This document shows positions 32,722 to 43,824 of a stretch of DNA of 64,000 nucleotides, piece by piece. A model generated the notes under the pieces. The model was not told where the DNA came from and did no database searches. It saw nothing but the letters and a program-made list of their open reading frames with translations. Position 1 is the stretch's first letter. Every line of letters begins with the position of its first letter. Position numbers and translations under genes: made by a program. Origin of the DNA: Prochlorococcus sp. AG-347-J20 (GTDB lineage: Bacteria > Cyanobacteriota > Cyanobacteriia > PCC-6307 > Cyanobiaceae); NCBI GenBank assembly GCA_003281485.1, contig QCBW01000008.1, positions 2,925 to 66,924 of the forward strand, in the 5' to 3' direction.

Positions 32722-33781
32722 AAATTTTAACTTTAAATCCTTATTTATATTAAACACTTTTGCTTTAGTAGTAACTTCCTTTTTTTTTAATAATTTTATT
32801 TTTATAGGAGTATTTACATTATTTTTTTTTATTTCTTTATTAACAACAAAGAATGGTCTAGAAATAATCAAAAAATTAAATTTACTTCAAAATATTAGAA
32901 CTGAGGGTCCTAAAAATCACTTTAGAAAAAATGATACCCCAACAATGGGTGGAATTTTTATGATGGTCCCTTTTTTAATTTTTCTTTTGATAATTACTAT
33001 AAATTTAAGTTCTCTAAAATTATTATTTTTATTCCTAACTATTTTTGGCTTTTTTATTACAGGGTTTTTAGATGATTATTTAAGTATTAAAAACAAAAAA
33101 AATACAGGTTTAAAAACAAAAGAAAAATTTTTTCTACAAAGTATCATTTCAATAATTTTTATATTATTAGCATATGAAAAAAATTTAATAAATCCATTAA
33201 TAACAATATCTGACTCCTTGGATATAAATTTGAAAATTTTCATATTGCCTATTTCTTTTCTAATACTGGTTGGCATGAGTAATTCAGTAAATTTAGCTGA
33301 CGGTCTAGATGGATTAGCGGCTGGATGCAGTGGCATTGTCTTTTATGGATTAGGAACAGAAATATTAATGAAAGAACAGCAAGAACTTTTTATTTATAGT
33401 ATCTTGTGTTATTCAATGTGCGGAATATGCCTAGGATTTCTTAACTACAATAGTTATCCTGCAAAAATATTTATGGGTGACACGGGATCTCTAAGTATTG
33501 GTGCGATTCTGGGTTCTATAGCGTTATTAACTGATAGCGTTTTTACCTTATCTATTTTCTCAGGAATATTTATTATTGAATCATTATCAGTGCTGATTCA
33601 AGTAGGTTTTTTTAAAATTACAAAAAAATTATTTCAAAAAGGGGAGCGCATATTTTTAATGGCTCCACTTCACCACCATTTTGAACTACAAGGAGTTAAG
33701 GAACAAACAATAGTTGAAAATTTTTGGAAAATCAACATTTTACTTGTAATTTTAGGTATAGTTTTAAAAATCAATCTTTAA
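32705..33781 (+). CDS. mraY: phospho-N-acetylmuramoyl-pentapeptide transferase
   Basis: TPTMGG, GFLDDY, NSVNLADGLDGLA, FMGDTGSL, MAPLHHHFE. Confidence 0.95.
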   Translation: MIGKIKNFNFKSLFILNTFALVVTSFFFNNFIFIGVFTLFFFISLLTTKNGLEIIKKLNLLQNIRTEGPKNHFRKNDTPTMGGIFMMVPFLIFLLIITINLSSLKLLFLFLTIFGFFITGFLDDYLSIKNKKNTGLKTKEKFFLQSIISIIFILLAYEKNLINPLITISDSLDINLKIFILPISFLILVGMSNSVNLADGLDGLAAGCSGIVFYGLGTEILMKEQQELFIYSILCYSMCGICLGFLNYNSYPAKIFMGDTGSLSIGAILGSIALLTDSVFTLSIFSGIFIIESLSVLIQVGFFKITKKLFQKGERIFLMAPLHHHFELQGVKEQTIVENFWKINILLVILGIVLKINL

Positions 33782-33790
33782 AAATTTGTT

Positions 33791-34036
33791 ATGAATTTTT
33801 TTACATGGAAAGATAATGGATTAACAAGTGACTGTTCAAGTCTTGATGCAATGGCATCGAGGTTTGAAGAAACTGCTAACTTAATGAAAAAACTATCCAA
33901 GAAAGGTTTTAAATTAAAGAAAACTCAAAAAAATCAAATAATTCTTCACCCTGACCCGAAAGTATTCGATCAATGGGGTTTTATTAGTGAAGAACTTCCT
34001 TTTAAACAACTTTGTTTAATATCAGATGAAGAATAA
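33791..34036 (+). CDS. small hypothetical protein
   Basis: 81-aa ORF with ATG 9 nt after the mraY stop. Its 3' end overlaps the convergent sps gene. Confidence 0.55.
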   Translation: MNFFTWKDNGLTSDCSSLDAMASRFEETANLMKKLSKKGFKLKKTQKNQIILHPDPKVFDQWGFISEELPFKQLCLISDEE

Positions 34037-35379
34037 CTATTCGCCCTTGAAAAATCTTCTGTTAATATCGATAAATAATTCCGTACATGAGTGCTCCAAC
34101 TAAAGTGCCTGTTAACGCCCTCAATTCCATTTCTACTCCATAATTTCCACTGATTTTCATCAGAAATTCCTTTTTCAAGAATAATTTTTAACTCATTAAT
34201 ATCAGTAACATCTACTAGAAGTCCATTTTCACATTTTGAGCGAATTTCTTTTGGTCCTCCATCGTTTGTTGATATTATTGGTAGTCCACAGGAAGAAGCT
34301 TCAAGAAGAGTTAATCCAAAAGGCTCTGTTAAAGCTGGATTTACAAATACACCTCCCCTACTAGCAGCCCACCTATATAAAGCAGGAATCTGACTTGGGA
34401 GATGTTTTTTTGGATAAGCTACTTTTCCATACAAATTATATTTATCAATCGTTTCAAAAATACTATTGAAGACATCTTTTTGTTGAGGGTCAAGTTTTGA
34501 AGTACTATCTCGACAACCCAAAATCAAAATTAAATTAGTTTTTCTTTTTAATTTTTCTGATCTTCCATATGCTTCAATCAAAGAAGGAATATTTTTTCTT
34601 CGTACAGCTCTAGCAATATTTAATAATGGAGGTTTAGTTAAATCCTTTAGAAAAGGTTGCATCATATTGTCAATTTCAGCTGTCTCTGTTGTCGAATGAA
34701 TATGGTGAAATTTATTATGATCAACACCAGGAGGAATTACTCTAGCTTTGTCAGATGAAAAAGAGGAATATTGAGAATATTGATAAACTGATTCTTGTTT
34801 AGTACTCGTAACAACAATATCTGCTGACTTTAGAGCTTTTTCTTCTGCGTCAATTCTTTTACTTATTGAGTAAAGCTTTTCTATTTGATTAGTTTTTAAA
34901 CCAGTATCAAGCAATTTCCTTTTTTTCTCTCGTCCTAAAGAATGGCCTGTAAAAATAAGTGGAATATTCAAGGATTTACTTAGTTTAACTCCTACGTACC
35001 CAGCATCTGCATAATGTGCATGAATAAAATTAGGCTTTTTATTTTTTTTATAATAAGAAATAAGAACCTCAGTTAAGCAATCTAAATAAGGCCAAAGCAA
35101 TTCCTTTCTTATATATTTATTAGGTCCAAATCTAAATCTTAAAATTTTAACTCCAGGTTCTACAAATTCTTCCTCTTGAGAATATTCATGATCTACTTTA
35201 GGATCGTTAATTAAACGGGTTACTAAATCTACCTGATCAACTTCTGATGTATTTGCCAAACTTTTTACTAACTCTAAAACATATTGCGTTTGCCCTCCCG
35301 TATCTGCATCCCTGCCTAATTCAAGATTGTTAGAGCGTATAAGACCATGTAAATGTAAATGTAAAAATTTAAGCTTCAT
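33970..35379 (-). CDS. sps: sucrose-phosphate synthase, glycosyltransferase domain only
   Basis: HGLIR...ELGRDADTGGQ.QYV, HAHYADAG, FTGHSLGR, NPALTEPFGLTLLEA. GGAGG SD upstream. Confidence 0.88.
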   Translation of the reverse strand: MKLKFLHLHLHGLIRSNNLELGRDADTGGQTQYVLELVKSLANTSEVDQVDLVTRLINDPKVDHEYSQEEEFVEPGVKILRFRFGPNKYIRKELLWPYLDCLTEVLISYYKKNKKPNFIHAHYADAGYVGVKLSKSLNIPLIFTGHSLGREKKRKLLDTGLKTNQIEKLYSISKRIDAEEKALKSADIVVTSTKQESVYQYSQYSSFSSDKARVIPPGVDHNKFHHIHSTTETAEIDNMMQPFLKDLTKPPLLNIARAVRRKNIPSLIEAYGRSEKLKRKTNLILILGCRDSTSKLDPQQKDVFNSIFETIDKYNLYGKVAYPKKHLPSQIPALYRWAASRGGVFVNPALTEPFGLTLLEASSCGLPIISTNDGGPKEIRSKCENGLLVDVTDINELKIILEKGISDENQWKLWSRNGIEGVNRHFSWSTHVRNYLSILTEDFSRANSYSSSDIKQSCLKGSSSLIKPH

Positions 35380-35580
35380 TTACCAAATCCTCCGATCAAC
35401 GGCCTTTAATAGAAATAAGCTGAATTTCGGAAGGAAATATTAAGAAAGCATTATGATTTTAAATTTTTTTAATACAAAAGTCTTTAAAAAAGCTGATACC
35501 CACTGAAATAATACCCATCAAAAGAAGATTTAGGTTTTACTCAAATAATTAAAAATACAAAGAAATACAACAAGTTTTTT

Positions 35581-38484
35581 TTATTTAAGAACTTTTTTAA
35601 GATATTTTGCTGTATAGCTTGTGGGATGTTTCGCTACATCTTCAGGAATACCTTCCGCAATAATTTCGCCACCTTTATCTCCTCCATCAGGTCCTAAATC
35701 AATAATCCAGTCAGAACATCTAATTACGTCTAAGTTATGCTCAATGACAATTACAGAATTCCCTTTATCTACTAAACGTTGTATCACATCCATTAATTTA
35801 TGAACGTCGTAAAAACTTAAACCTGTAGTTGGTTCATCAATCAAATATAAAGTTTTTCCAGTAGCCCTTTTAGATAATTCTGTCGCTAACTTAACTCTTT
35901 GAGCTTCACCACCGGATAATGTGGGCGCAGGTTGGCCTAATTTGACATATCCTAAACCTACATCAACAAGTGTAGATAATCTTTCAGAGGCTTGAGGTAT
36001 GGCAGAAAAAGTTTCTGCGGCTTGTTCAACAGTCATCTCTAAAACATCAGATATATTAAAACCCTTGTATTTAACTTGCAGAGTTTCCCTATTAAACCGA
36101 GCTCCTTTACATACTTCACATTGAACATACACATCAGGCAAAAAATTCATTTCGATAACATTAACTCCCTGGCCTTTACAAGCTTCGCATCTTCCTCCTT
36201 TCACATTAAAACTAAACTGACCTGCTTGGTAACCCCTAGCTTTGGCTTCAACAGTGGCCGTAAATATCTGCCTGATAGGATCAAAAGCACCTGTATAAGT
36301 AGCAGGGTTTGATCTTGGTGTTCTCCCTATTGGGGATTGGTCAATAACGATAACTTTATCAATTGCCTTTATACCTTTTAACTCTTCTACCCCTTGAGGG
36401 AAAGGAACTTTTAATCCTAAAGAATGACATAAGGCAGGATGAAGTAATTCGTTTATCAAAGTACTTTTCCCACTACCGCTAACGCCTGTTACAGAGACTA
36501 ATCTTCCTAAAGGAAATTCTACAGATACATTTTTTAAATTATTTTTAGAACAATTATTTAAAATTAAACTTTTTTTAACAGACAATCTTCTTTCTTTTGG
36601 AGTAGGAATAGATTTCCTACCACTGAGATAAGCCCCAGTTAATGACCTCTCTGATTTTAATACATCTTGATAAGTTCCCTTTGCAATTATTTCTCCGCCA
36701 TAAACACCAGCGCCTGGTCCAATATCTACTAAATAATCTGCGGATTTCATTGTATCTTCGTCATGTTCAACAACAACTAAAGTATTTCCAAGATCTCTTA
36801 AGCTTTTTAATGTTTCTAGCAATCTGTCATTATCTCTCTGATGTAAACCAATACTTGGTTCATCTAATACATAGAGAACTCCAGTAAGGCCTGCACCTAT
36901 TTGAGTAGCCAATCTTATACGTTGAGCTTCCCCACCAGACAAAGTCATAGCTGGTCTATCTAAAGTCAAATAATCAAGACCAACATTAATTAAAAACTTC
37001 AAACGTAAACGAATCTCTTTTAAGACCAATTCACCTATCTGCTTTTGTTTTTCTGTTAAGGATATGTTTTCTTTTTTAATATTTCCTAATCCCATGATGC
37101 GCTCTATATGTGTCAAAGTTTCAGAAACGCTTATAGAAGTTAGGTCAGTAATATTGTAAGGACCAAGTTTAACAGCCAAAGCTTCAGGTCTTAATCGTTT
37201 TCCAGAACATGTTTTACAAGGAACTAATTCTTGGTACTTTTCTAATTTTTGTCTAACTGATTCTCCATTAGCTTCATTCAATTGCCTTTCTAATATCGGC
37301 AAAATCCCTTCAAAGGGCCTTTCAAAGCCACTAGATGTTTTAAAACGACTATCAGCTTGAATAAGTATTGGTTTATCTGATCCCAAAAGTAGAACATTTT
37401 TTTGCAAATCACTTAAATCTTTCCAAGGAGTCTTTAATTCAAAACCATAAGCTTGTCCTACAGAATAAAGTAAAGAGAAGTAATAAGTATTATCTTTCTC
37501 ACTCCAAGGTGCTATTGCAGCATAAACAGGCAATGTTTTATCTGGTATAACTCTATCCGCAGTAAATTTTTTTAAGTAACCAATCCCATGACAGTCTGGA
37601 CAAGCCCCATATGGGCTGTTAAAGGAAAATAACCTTGGCGAAAGTTCCTCAACGATAGAACCATGTACAGGACATGCATAATTTTCTGAATAAAGCTTTT
37701 CTCTCTCTAAATTTTGAGGTAACTTTTCGCCTTTTTTAGGAACAACTTCTACTATTGCCAAACCATCTCCTCTTTTGAGACAAGTTTGGAGAGAATCATT
37801 TAATCTCTCTTGAATTCCTTCTCTTGAAATTAATCTATCAACTACTACCTCAATATTATGAATTTGATTTTTATCTAATTCAATACTATCAGCAAGTTCT
37901 CTTACCTCACCGTTGATTCTTACCCTAGCGAAGCCTTCAGCAGCTAATCCACTTATTAATTTTGTATGTGTTCCTTTTTTTCCTCTTACAACAGGGGCCA
38001 ACAATTGGTACCTTGTTCCTTCTGGCAATAGAATTATTTGATCAACCATTTCATCAATTGTTTGAGGCGAAATTGGAATTCCACAGTGATGGCAATGCGG
38101 TTCACCAGCACGACCAAACAACAATCTTAGATAATCTTGAATCTCAGTTACTGTTCCAACTGTTGATCTAGGATTATGACTAGTAGATTTTTGATCAATT
38201 GAAATAGCAGGTGATAGTCCTTCAATATTGTCAACATCTGGCTTATCAACTTGACCTAAAAATTGCCTTGCATAAGCGGAAAGACTCTCAACATATCTTC
38301 TTTGACCTTCAGCAAAAATTGTGTCAAAGGCTAAAGAACTTTTTCCGCTCCCACTTACTCCTGTAAAAACTATAAATTTATTCCTTGGTAGAGAAAGATT
38401 AATATTTTTTAAATTATGCTGACGAGCTCCTCTAATGTTTATTGAGTTATCTTCTTCAAAACTATTATCAGTTTTTTTAACCAT
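35581..38484 (-). CDS. uvrA: excinuclease ABC subunit A
   Basis: Two Walker A motifs (GVSGSGKS), two LSGGEAQR signatures, zinc-finger CxxC pairs. Confidence 0.98.
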   Translation of the reverse strand: MVKKTDNSFEEDNSINIRGARQHNLKNINLSLPRNKFIVFTGVSGSGKSSLAFDTIFAEGQRRYVESLSAYARQFLGQVDKPDVDNIEGLSPAISIDQKSTSHNPRSTVGTVTEIQDYLRLLFGRAGEPHCHHCGIPISPQTIDEMVDQIILLPEGTRYQLLAPVVRGKKGTHTKLISGLAAEGFARVRINGEVRELADSIELDKNQIHNIEVVVDRLISREGIQERLNDSLQTCLKRGDGLAIVEVVPKKGEKLPQNLEREKLYSENYACPVHGSIVEELSPRLFSFNSPYGACPDCHGIGYLKKFTADRVIPDKTLPVYAAIAPWSEKDNTYYFSLLYSVGQAYGFELKTPWKDLSDLQKNVLLLGSDKPILIQADSRFKTSSGFERPFEGILPILERQLNEANGESVRQKLEKYQELVPCKTCSGKRLRPEALAVKLGPYNITDLTSISVSETLTHIERIMGLGNIKKENISLTEKQKQIGELVLKEIRLRLKFLINVGLDYLTLDRPAMTLSGGEAQRIRLATQIGAGLTGVLYVLDEPSIGLHQRDNDRLLETLKSLRDLGNTLVVVEHDEDTMKSADYLVDIGPGAGVYGGEIIAKGTYQDVLKSERSLTGAYLSGRKSIPTPKERRLSVKKSLILNNCSKNNLKNVSVEFPLGRLVSVTGVSGSGKSTLINELLHPALCHSLGLKVPFPQGVEELKGIKAIDKVIVIDQSPIGRTPRSNPATYTGAFDPIRQIFTATVEAKARGYQAGQFSFNVKGGRCEACKGQGVNVIEMNFLPDVYVQCEVCKGARFNRETLQVKYKGFNISDVLEMTVEQAAETFSAIPQASERLSTLVDVGLGYVKLGQPAPTLSGGEAQRVKLATELSKRATGKTLYLIDEPTTGLSFYDVHKLMDVIQRLVDKGNSVIVIEHNLDVIRCSDWIIDLGPDGGDKGGEIIAEGIPEDVAKHPTSYTAKYLKKVLK

Positions 38485-38537
38485 GTTTAAATCTAAGTAT
38501 GATTTAAAAAGACTATTATAGTGGAATTTTTTCTATT

Positions 38538-40214
38538 TTATGCTGCTTGATCAAGAAGTTTAGAAGCGTAATCATTTACTTCGCTCGAACTTCCTCCAAT
38601 AAGTTCTATTAATTCATTTTTTCTTTGTTTTTTTGTAGTAAGTTTTGATATTGAAGTGTAGGTTATGCCACCAATTACATTTTTATTTACTTTAAAATGA
38701 CCAATTCCTGCAGCAGCTAAGAAGGGCTGATGTGTAATACATATAACCTGTTGATCTCTAGAAATTACTTTTATTAAGTCAACCAAAGAAAATAAAGATT
38801 TACCACTCAGGCCATTATCAATTTCATCTAAAAAGAAAGTATTTGGTTTTTTAGAAATACTGGATTTTATAGCTAACAAGAATCTTGACATTTCTCCACC
38901 AGAAATAACATTTGACAATGGAGCAAGCTTCTGGTCGGGATTAGCAGAAAATAAAAAATTTATAATGTCAATACCATCGCCAGATGGCATACCTTCGGAA
39001 AATTGAATTGAAAAATTTGCATTTACTAATCCTAGATTTCTTAAAATCAAAATTACTGAATCTTGTAGCTGTTTAGCAATTTTTTTTCTTTCATTAGATT
39101 GAATTAAAAAGAAAGAATTTAATTGACTCTGTGAGTCTTTAATTTGATTTTCAATATTGCGAATCTCATTATCTTGATCATTATTTAAAAAATATGTCCT
39201 TAATTGATTTCGCTTTTTAATTAATTGAGGTAAGTCCAAAGAAAAAGTTCTTTCCAAGTTTTTTAAAAAAAACAATCTTTTTTGAATTTCTGAAAGATTA
39301 GATTCATCATTATCTATGTCATGTATATAAGAATTTAAAGCAAAAATCAAACCCTCAACTTCAGCTTGAATATCTAACAACTTTTCTCTAAAATCTTGAA
39401 TTTTTAAGTCAAAATCTGCTGTTCTTTTTAAATTTTTTATTGATTGATTTATCAATAACGAAACAGATGGCTTTTCACAACTAAAATTATTTAAATTATC
39501 TAGAGATGATTGAATTGAATTATTTATTTCAAGATTATTTACAAGTTTATTTTCTAAATTTTCTAATTCTAAAATTTCATCACTAGAGTTTAAGTTTGCC
39601 TCCTCTAAACTGTTCAACATTTGTTTAATTACCAAGTTATTTTCTTCTTGCTTCTTAGAAGATTCAACTTTTTCTTTAATTAATTTTTTTAAAACCTGAA
39701 TTTCCCCCCATAAATTTTTAATCTTAGAATTAGATTCTCTAAATTCTTTCGAACATAAATCATCAATAATTAATCTTCTTTTATCTTGAGAATCAAATAT
39801 AAAAGTATCTGATTGCCCTGCAAAATCAATTAATAACCTTCCAAGTTCTTCTAATTTTTTTTTATTAATTGATAAGTTGTTAAGGCTATATTTAGATAAA
39901 ACTTTTTTATTTTTTCTATAAGACGTTCTTTTGATATTTAGCACTGAAGTACTACTTTGAAAACCATAATTAATTAACCAGTTATTAATGTGTAAAGAAG
40001 AAGAAAATTTCGCCTCAATGACACAATGATCTTTTCCTGGACGTATTAAGTGCTTTAAAGGTATATTAGTTCCACCAAATAAAGCATTTAATGAGTCTAA
40101 AATCAGTGATTTTCCTGATCCAGAATCCCCAGTAATGATGTTCAACCCTTTTTCGAAATTAATTTCTATAATCTCTATTAAGGCAATATTTTTTATTTTT
40201 AGTTGTATAAGCAT
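38538..40214 (-). CDS. recN: DNA repair protein RecN
   Basis: ITGDSGSGKS, long coiled coil, FSANP..., SGGEMSR, DEID.G.SG, QVICITHQP. Confidence 0.9.
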   Translation of the reverse strand: MLIQLKIKNIALIEIIEINFEKGLNIITGDSGSGKSLILDSLNALFGGTNIPLKHLIRPGKDHCVIEAKFSSSLHINNWLINYGFQSSTSVLNIKRTSYRKNKKVLSKYSLNNLSINKKKLEELGRLLIDFAGQSDTFIFDSQDKRRLIIDDLCSKEFRESNSKIKNLWGEIQVLKKLIKEKVESSKKQEENNLVIKQMLNSLEEANLNSSDEILELENLENKLVNNLEINNSIQSSLDNLNNFSCEKPSVSLLINQSIKNLKRTADFDLKIQDFREKLLDIQAEVEGLIFALNSYIHDIDNDESNLSEIQKRLFFLKNLERTFSLDLPQLIKKRNQLRTYFLNNDQDNEIRNIENQIKDSQSQLNSFFLIQSNERKKIAKQLQDSVILILRNLGLVNANFSIQFSEGMPSGDGIDIINFLFSANPDQKLAPLSNVISGGEMSRFLLAIKSSISKKPNTFFLDEIDNGLSGKSLFSLVDLIKVISRDQQVICITHQPFLAAAGIGHFKVNKNVIGGITYTSISKLTTKKQRKNELIELIGGSSSEVNDYASKLLDQAA

Positions 40215-40282
40215 GATAAATCTTCCATATAAAAAAATTAACTTCTTTTTTGAAAAAATAAAGGTATTAATTATATAAAGTT

Positions 40283-42139
40283 ATGAAAGAAGATTTTACT
40301 GATTTTATTGAGGTATCTGGACTGTTGAATTATGATCCAGATACAATATCTAAAATATACAAAAAGAACCCTCAAAGACTTCTAAAAAGACTTTGGCAAA
40401 CACTCCTTCCTATTTTTGCTTATATTTTTGCTATTGGGTGGGATAAATTAACTGGCAGATTGGAAAATGAATCGAAAGCGAGATGTAGGGCAAAAGAATT
40501 AACAAATTTATTGGTAGAACTTGGGCCAGCATTTGTTAAAGCTGGCCAGGCTTTATCAACGAGGCCTGATATCATTCCAGGGATTCTTCTAGAAGAATTA
40601 TCTGAATTACAAGATCAATTGCCAGGATTTGATGGGAATAAAGCTATGGAATTGATAGAAGAAGATTTAGGATCCAAAATAAATGAACTTTTCTTAGAAA
40701 TTGATCAAAAGCCAATTTCTGCTGCTTCTCTAGGACAAGTTCATAAAGCCAAACTAAAAAATGGAGATGTTGTAGCAGTAAAAGTCCAACGACCAGGCTT
40801 AAGAGAACAAATTACTTTAGATCTTTACATAGTAAGAAATATTGCTTATTGGCTAAAAAATAATATTGGATTGATAAGAAGTGATCTTGTAGCATTGATT
40901 GATGAATTAGGTAAGAGAGTCTTTGAAGAGATGGATTACTTAAACGAGGCTAAAAATGCAGAAAAGTTCAGAGATATGCATAAACATAACCAAATGATTG
41001 CTGTACCAAAAATTTATAAAGAAATAACATCGAGAAGAGTTTTAACTATGGAATGGATTAATGGAACAAAATTAACCAATTTAGAGGATGTAAAAAAATT
41101 AGGAATCGATCCAGATAAGATGATTGATATAGGAGTGCAGTGTAGTTTAGAACAACTTCTAGAACATGGTTTTTTTCATGCTGACCCACATCCAGGTAAC
41201 TTATTAGCTTTAAAAGATGGCAGATTATGTTATTTAGATTTTGGAATGATGAGCGAAGTTTCCAGAGACTCCAGGTCTGGATTAATTCAAGCAGTTGTAC
41301 ATTTAGTAAATAAAAACTTCGATAAGTTATCTCAAGACTTTGTTAAACTAGGTTTTCTATCTGAAGAAGTCAATCTTGAACCAATAGTTCCAGCATTTCA
41401 AGACGTTTTTATTAATGCAGTTGAACAAGGTGTTTCAAAGATGGACTTCAAAAGTGTCACAGATGACATGTCTGGAGTAATGTATAAATTTCCTTTCAAA
41501 TTACCTCCTTACTATGCACTTATTATAAGGTCATTATTAACCTTAGAAGGAATAGCATTAAGTGTTGACCCAAACTTTAAAATATTAGGAGCTGCTTACC
41601 CATATTTTGCTAGAAGATTAATGGAGGATCCTGATCCACAATTAAGGGAAAGTTTAAAAGAGATGCTTTTTGATAATAAAAAATTTAAATGGGACCGATT
41701 AGAAGATTTACTTTCAAATGCTGCGAAACAAACTGATCTTGATTTGGAAAAACTTTTAGATGAAGTAATAAATTTACTTTTTTCTCCAAAAGGAGGCTTT
41801 CTTAGAAATGAAATAATTGAAGAATTAACAAATCAAATAGATTTACTCAGTTTAAAGATATTAAAAAATTTAAATAGCTTTCTTCCAAACTCTATTAAAT
41901 TTAATACGACTGATGAAAGATATAACTTAAACGAACTTATAATGTTCGTAGAACCACTGAGGAATTTTTTAGAAATTTTACAAAAAGTGCCGGGTTACTC
42001 TATTGATATTTTTATGAAAAGAGTTCCACGACTTATAAATGAACCTTATACAAAAGAAATGGGTATAAAAATTGCAAAAAAAGTAACCGAAAAAGGTGTA
42101 GTTAGGCTTGTGAAGATTGCTGCTGGTGCAGACATTTAA
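40283..42139 (+). CDS. AarF/ABC1/UbiB-family atypical kinase
   Basis: LGPAFVKAGQALSTRPD, AASLGQVH, VAVKVQRP, FFHADPHPGN, LDFGM. Confidence 0.93.
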   Translation: MKEDFTDFIEVSGLLNYDPDTISKIYKKNPQRLLKRLWQTLLPIFAYIFAIGWDKLTGRLENESKARCRAKELTNLLVELGPAFVKAGQALSTRPDIIPGILLEELSELQDQLPGFDGNKAMELIEEDLGSKINELFLEIDQKPISAASLGQVHKAKLKNGDVVAVKVQRPGLREQITLDLYIVRNIAYWLKNNIGLIRSDLVALIDELGKRVFEEMDYLNEAKNAEKFRDMHKHNQMIAVPKIYKEITSRRVLTMEWINGTKLTNLEDVKKLGIDPDKMIDIGVQCSLEQLLEHGFFHADPHPGNLLALKDGRLCYLDFGMMSEVSRDSRSGLIQAVVHLVNKNFDKLSQDFVKLGFLSEEVNLEPIVPAFQDVFINAVEQGVSKMDFKSVTDDMSGVMYKFPFKLPPYYALIIRSLLTLEGIALSVDPNFKILGAAYPYFARRLMEDPDPQLRESLKEMLFDNKKFKWDRLEDLLSNAAKQTDLDLEKLLDEVINLLFSPKGGFLRNEIIEELTNQIDLLSLKILKNLNSFLPNSIKFNTTDERYNLNELIMFVEPLRNFLEILQKVPGYSIDIFMKRVPRLINEPYTKEMGIKIAKKVTEKGVVRLVKIAAGADI

Positions 42140-42140
42140 A

Positions 42141-42710
42141 ATGAAATTTAATAAATTTTTAATAATAAAATCATTTTTGATTTTACTTATTTCTCAACTT
42201 CTTATTGACATTCCAAGGGCTAATTCTGCAGAGGAAATTAAAATCATATACAACATATTTTCCAGAACAATTAAAGTAAATTCATTAAAAAAATTTGTTG
42301 AAGAAGGTAAATCATCAAAAAAATTAAAAAGAATTTTAAAAGCCACTGGATCTTCCAATCAAGAAATTAGATCAGTTTTAAATAAAGACTTTCAGATCCC
42401 CATTACAATCGCGAGCAAATTAGTTTATTCCGAAATAGGGAATGTTTTTTTAACAAGACTTTCATCGATAATTCATCCAAACAGAGCACAAGATGAAATA
42501 ACGGGTATGTTAGCTCTTAGATCAAGTGTAGTTCAAGGCATTTATAAAGGAAAAGGGAAAATAAACTTAATAAAATTTTTTGAAGGATATCCAACTAAAA
42601 CTGTTATTTTAGATGTCAACGCTTTAAGCAAAGTTATGAATAAAGTAGAATCGATTACAGAACTATTAGACTTTTTTACAAATTCTCCTTTAGAAAAAAT
42701 CAAAAACTAA
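42141..42710 (+). CDS. DUF1400-like cyanobacterial protein with signal peptide
   Basis: Hydrophobic N-terminus ending A.SAEEI, then I.V..L..F, ALRSSVV and F...YP. ATG at 42141. Confidence 0.65.
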   Translation: MKFNKFLIIKSFLILLISQLLIDIPRANSAEEIKIIYNIFSRTIKVNSLKKFVEEGKSSKKLKRILKATGSSNQEIRSVLNKDFQIPITIASKLVYSEIGNVFLTRLSSIIHPNRAQDEITGMLALRSSVVQGIYKGKGKINLIKFFEGYPTKTVILDVNALSKVMNKVESITELLDFFTNSPLEKIKN

Positions 42711-42720
42711 TTGAACAACT

Positions 42721-43824
42721 ATGGTGTTATTAAATAAAATCAAAAATAATTTACGTTTTAATTATAGAAAAAAAAGATGGCCGGGTTTAATTGAGGCTTA
42801 TAAACAATATCTTCCAGTCACAAAGAATACACCTATTATCTCTCTAAATGAAGGAAATACTCCACTAATTCTCAGTGACTCAATTAGTAAATTAATTGGA
42901 AATGGAACGAAGGTTTTCCTAAAATACGATGGCCTAAATCCTACAGGTTCTTTTAAAGATCGTGGAATGACAATGGCCATTAGCAAAGCAAAAGAAGAAG
43001 GTCGAGAAGCTGTAATTTGCGCAAGCACCGGAAATACATCTGCCGCTGCTGCTGCGTACGCTTCTAGAGGAGGATTGAAACCTTATGTTTTAATCCCAGA
43101 AGGATTTGTTGCACAGGGCAAACTTGCACAAGCTTTAATGTATGGAGCTGAAATAATATCAATAAATGGGAATTTTGATAAAGCTCTCGAAATTGTGAGG
43201 GATTTATCTTCAGAACAACCAATAGAATTGGTTAATTCAGTTAATCCATACAGAATTCAAGGACAAAAAACAGCCGCTTTTGAAATTATAGATGATTTAG
43301 GTTTTGCTCCTGATTGGCTTTGCATTCCAATGGGTAATGCAGGAAATATAACTGCATATTGGATGGGATTTAAAGAATATTCAAAAATAAAGAGGAACAT
43401 CAAATTGCCAATTATGATGGGATTTCAATCAGAAGGATCTGCTCCATTAGTAAAAAATATAATAGTTGAAAATCCAGAAACAATTGCAACAGCAATAAGA
43501 ATTGGAAACCCTGTTAATAGAGAAAAAGCGAAACAAGTAAAAAAAGAAAGCAAGGGAGACTTTCAATCAGTTACAGATCAAGAAATAATTAATGCTTATA
43601 AAATCCTGGCGAAGGAAGGTGTATTTTGTGAACCTGCAAGTGCAGCATCAGTTGCTGGACTAATTAAAAATAAAAATAGAATTCAAAAAGAATCAACTAT
43701 TGTGTGTGTTCTTACTGGAAATGGATTGAAAGATCCTGATTGCGCAATTAAAAACAATGATGCAGTTTTTAGGAAAAATATTGAACCATCATTAAAAAAT
43801 ATTACCAAAATCTTAGGATATTAA
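42721..43824 (+). CDS. thrC: threonine synthase
   Basis: [46 protein letters not shown]. Confidence 0.96.
   Translation: MVLLNKIKNNLRFNYRKKRWPGLIEAYKQYLPVTKNTPIISLNEGNTPLILSDSISKLIGNGTKVFLKYDGLNPTGSFKDRGMTMAISKAKEEGREAVICASTGNTSAAAAAYASRGGLKPYVLIPEGFVAQGKLAQALMYGAEIISINGNFDKALEIVRDLSSEQPIELVNSVNPYRIQGQKTAAFEIIDDLGFAPDWLCIPMGNAGNITAYWMGFKEYSKIKRNIKLPIMMGFQSEGSAPLVKNIIVENPETIATAIRIGNPVNREKAKQVKKESKGDFQSVTDQEIINAYKILAKEGVFCEPASAASVAGLIKNKNRIQKESTIVCVLTGNGLKDPDCAIKNNDAVFRKNIEPSLKNITKILGY

Noticed and set aside
40215..40282. LexA/SOS box upstream of recN-uvrA
   Set aside because: No match to the cyanobacterial AGTAC-N4-GTACT-type palindrome was seen here or in the recN-uvrA gap.
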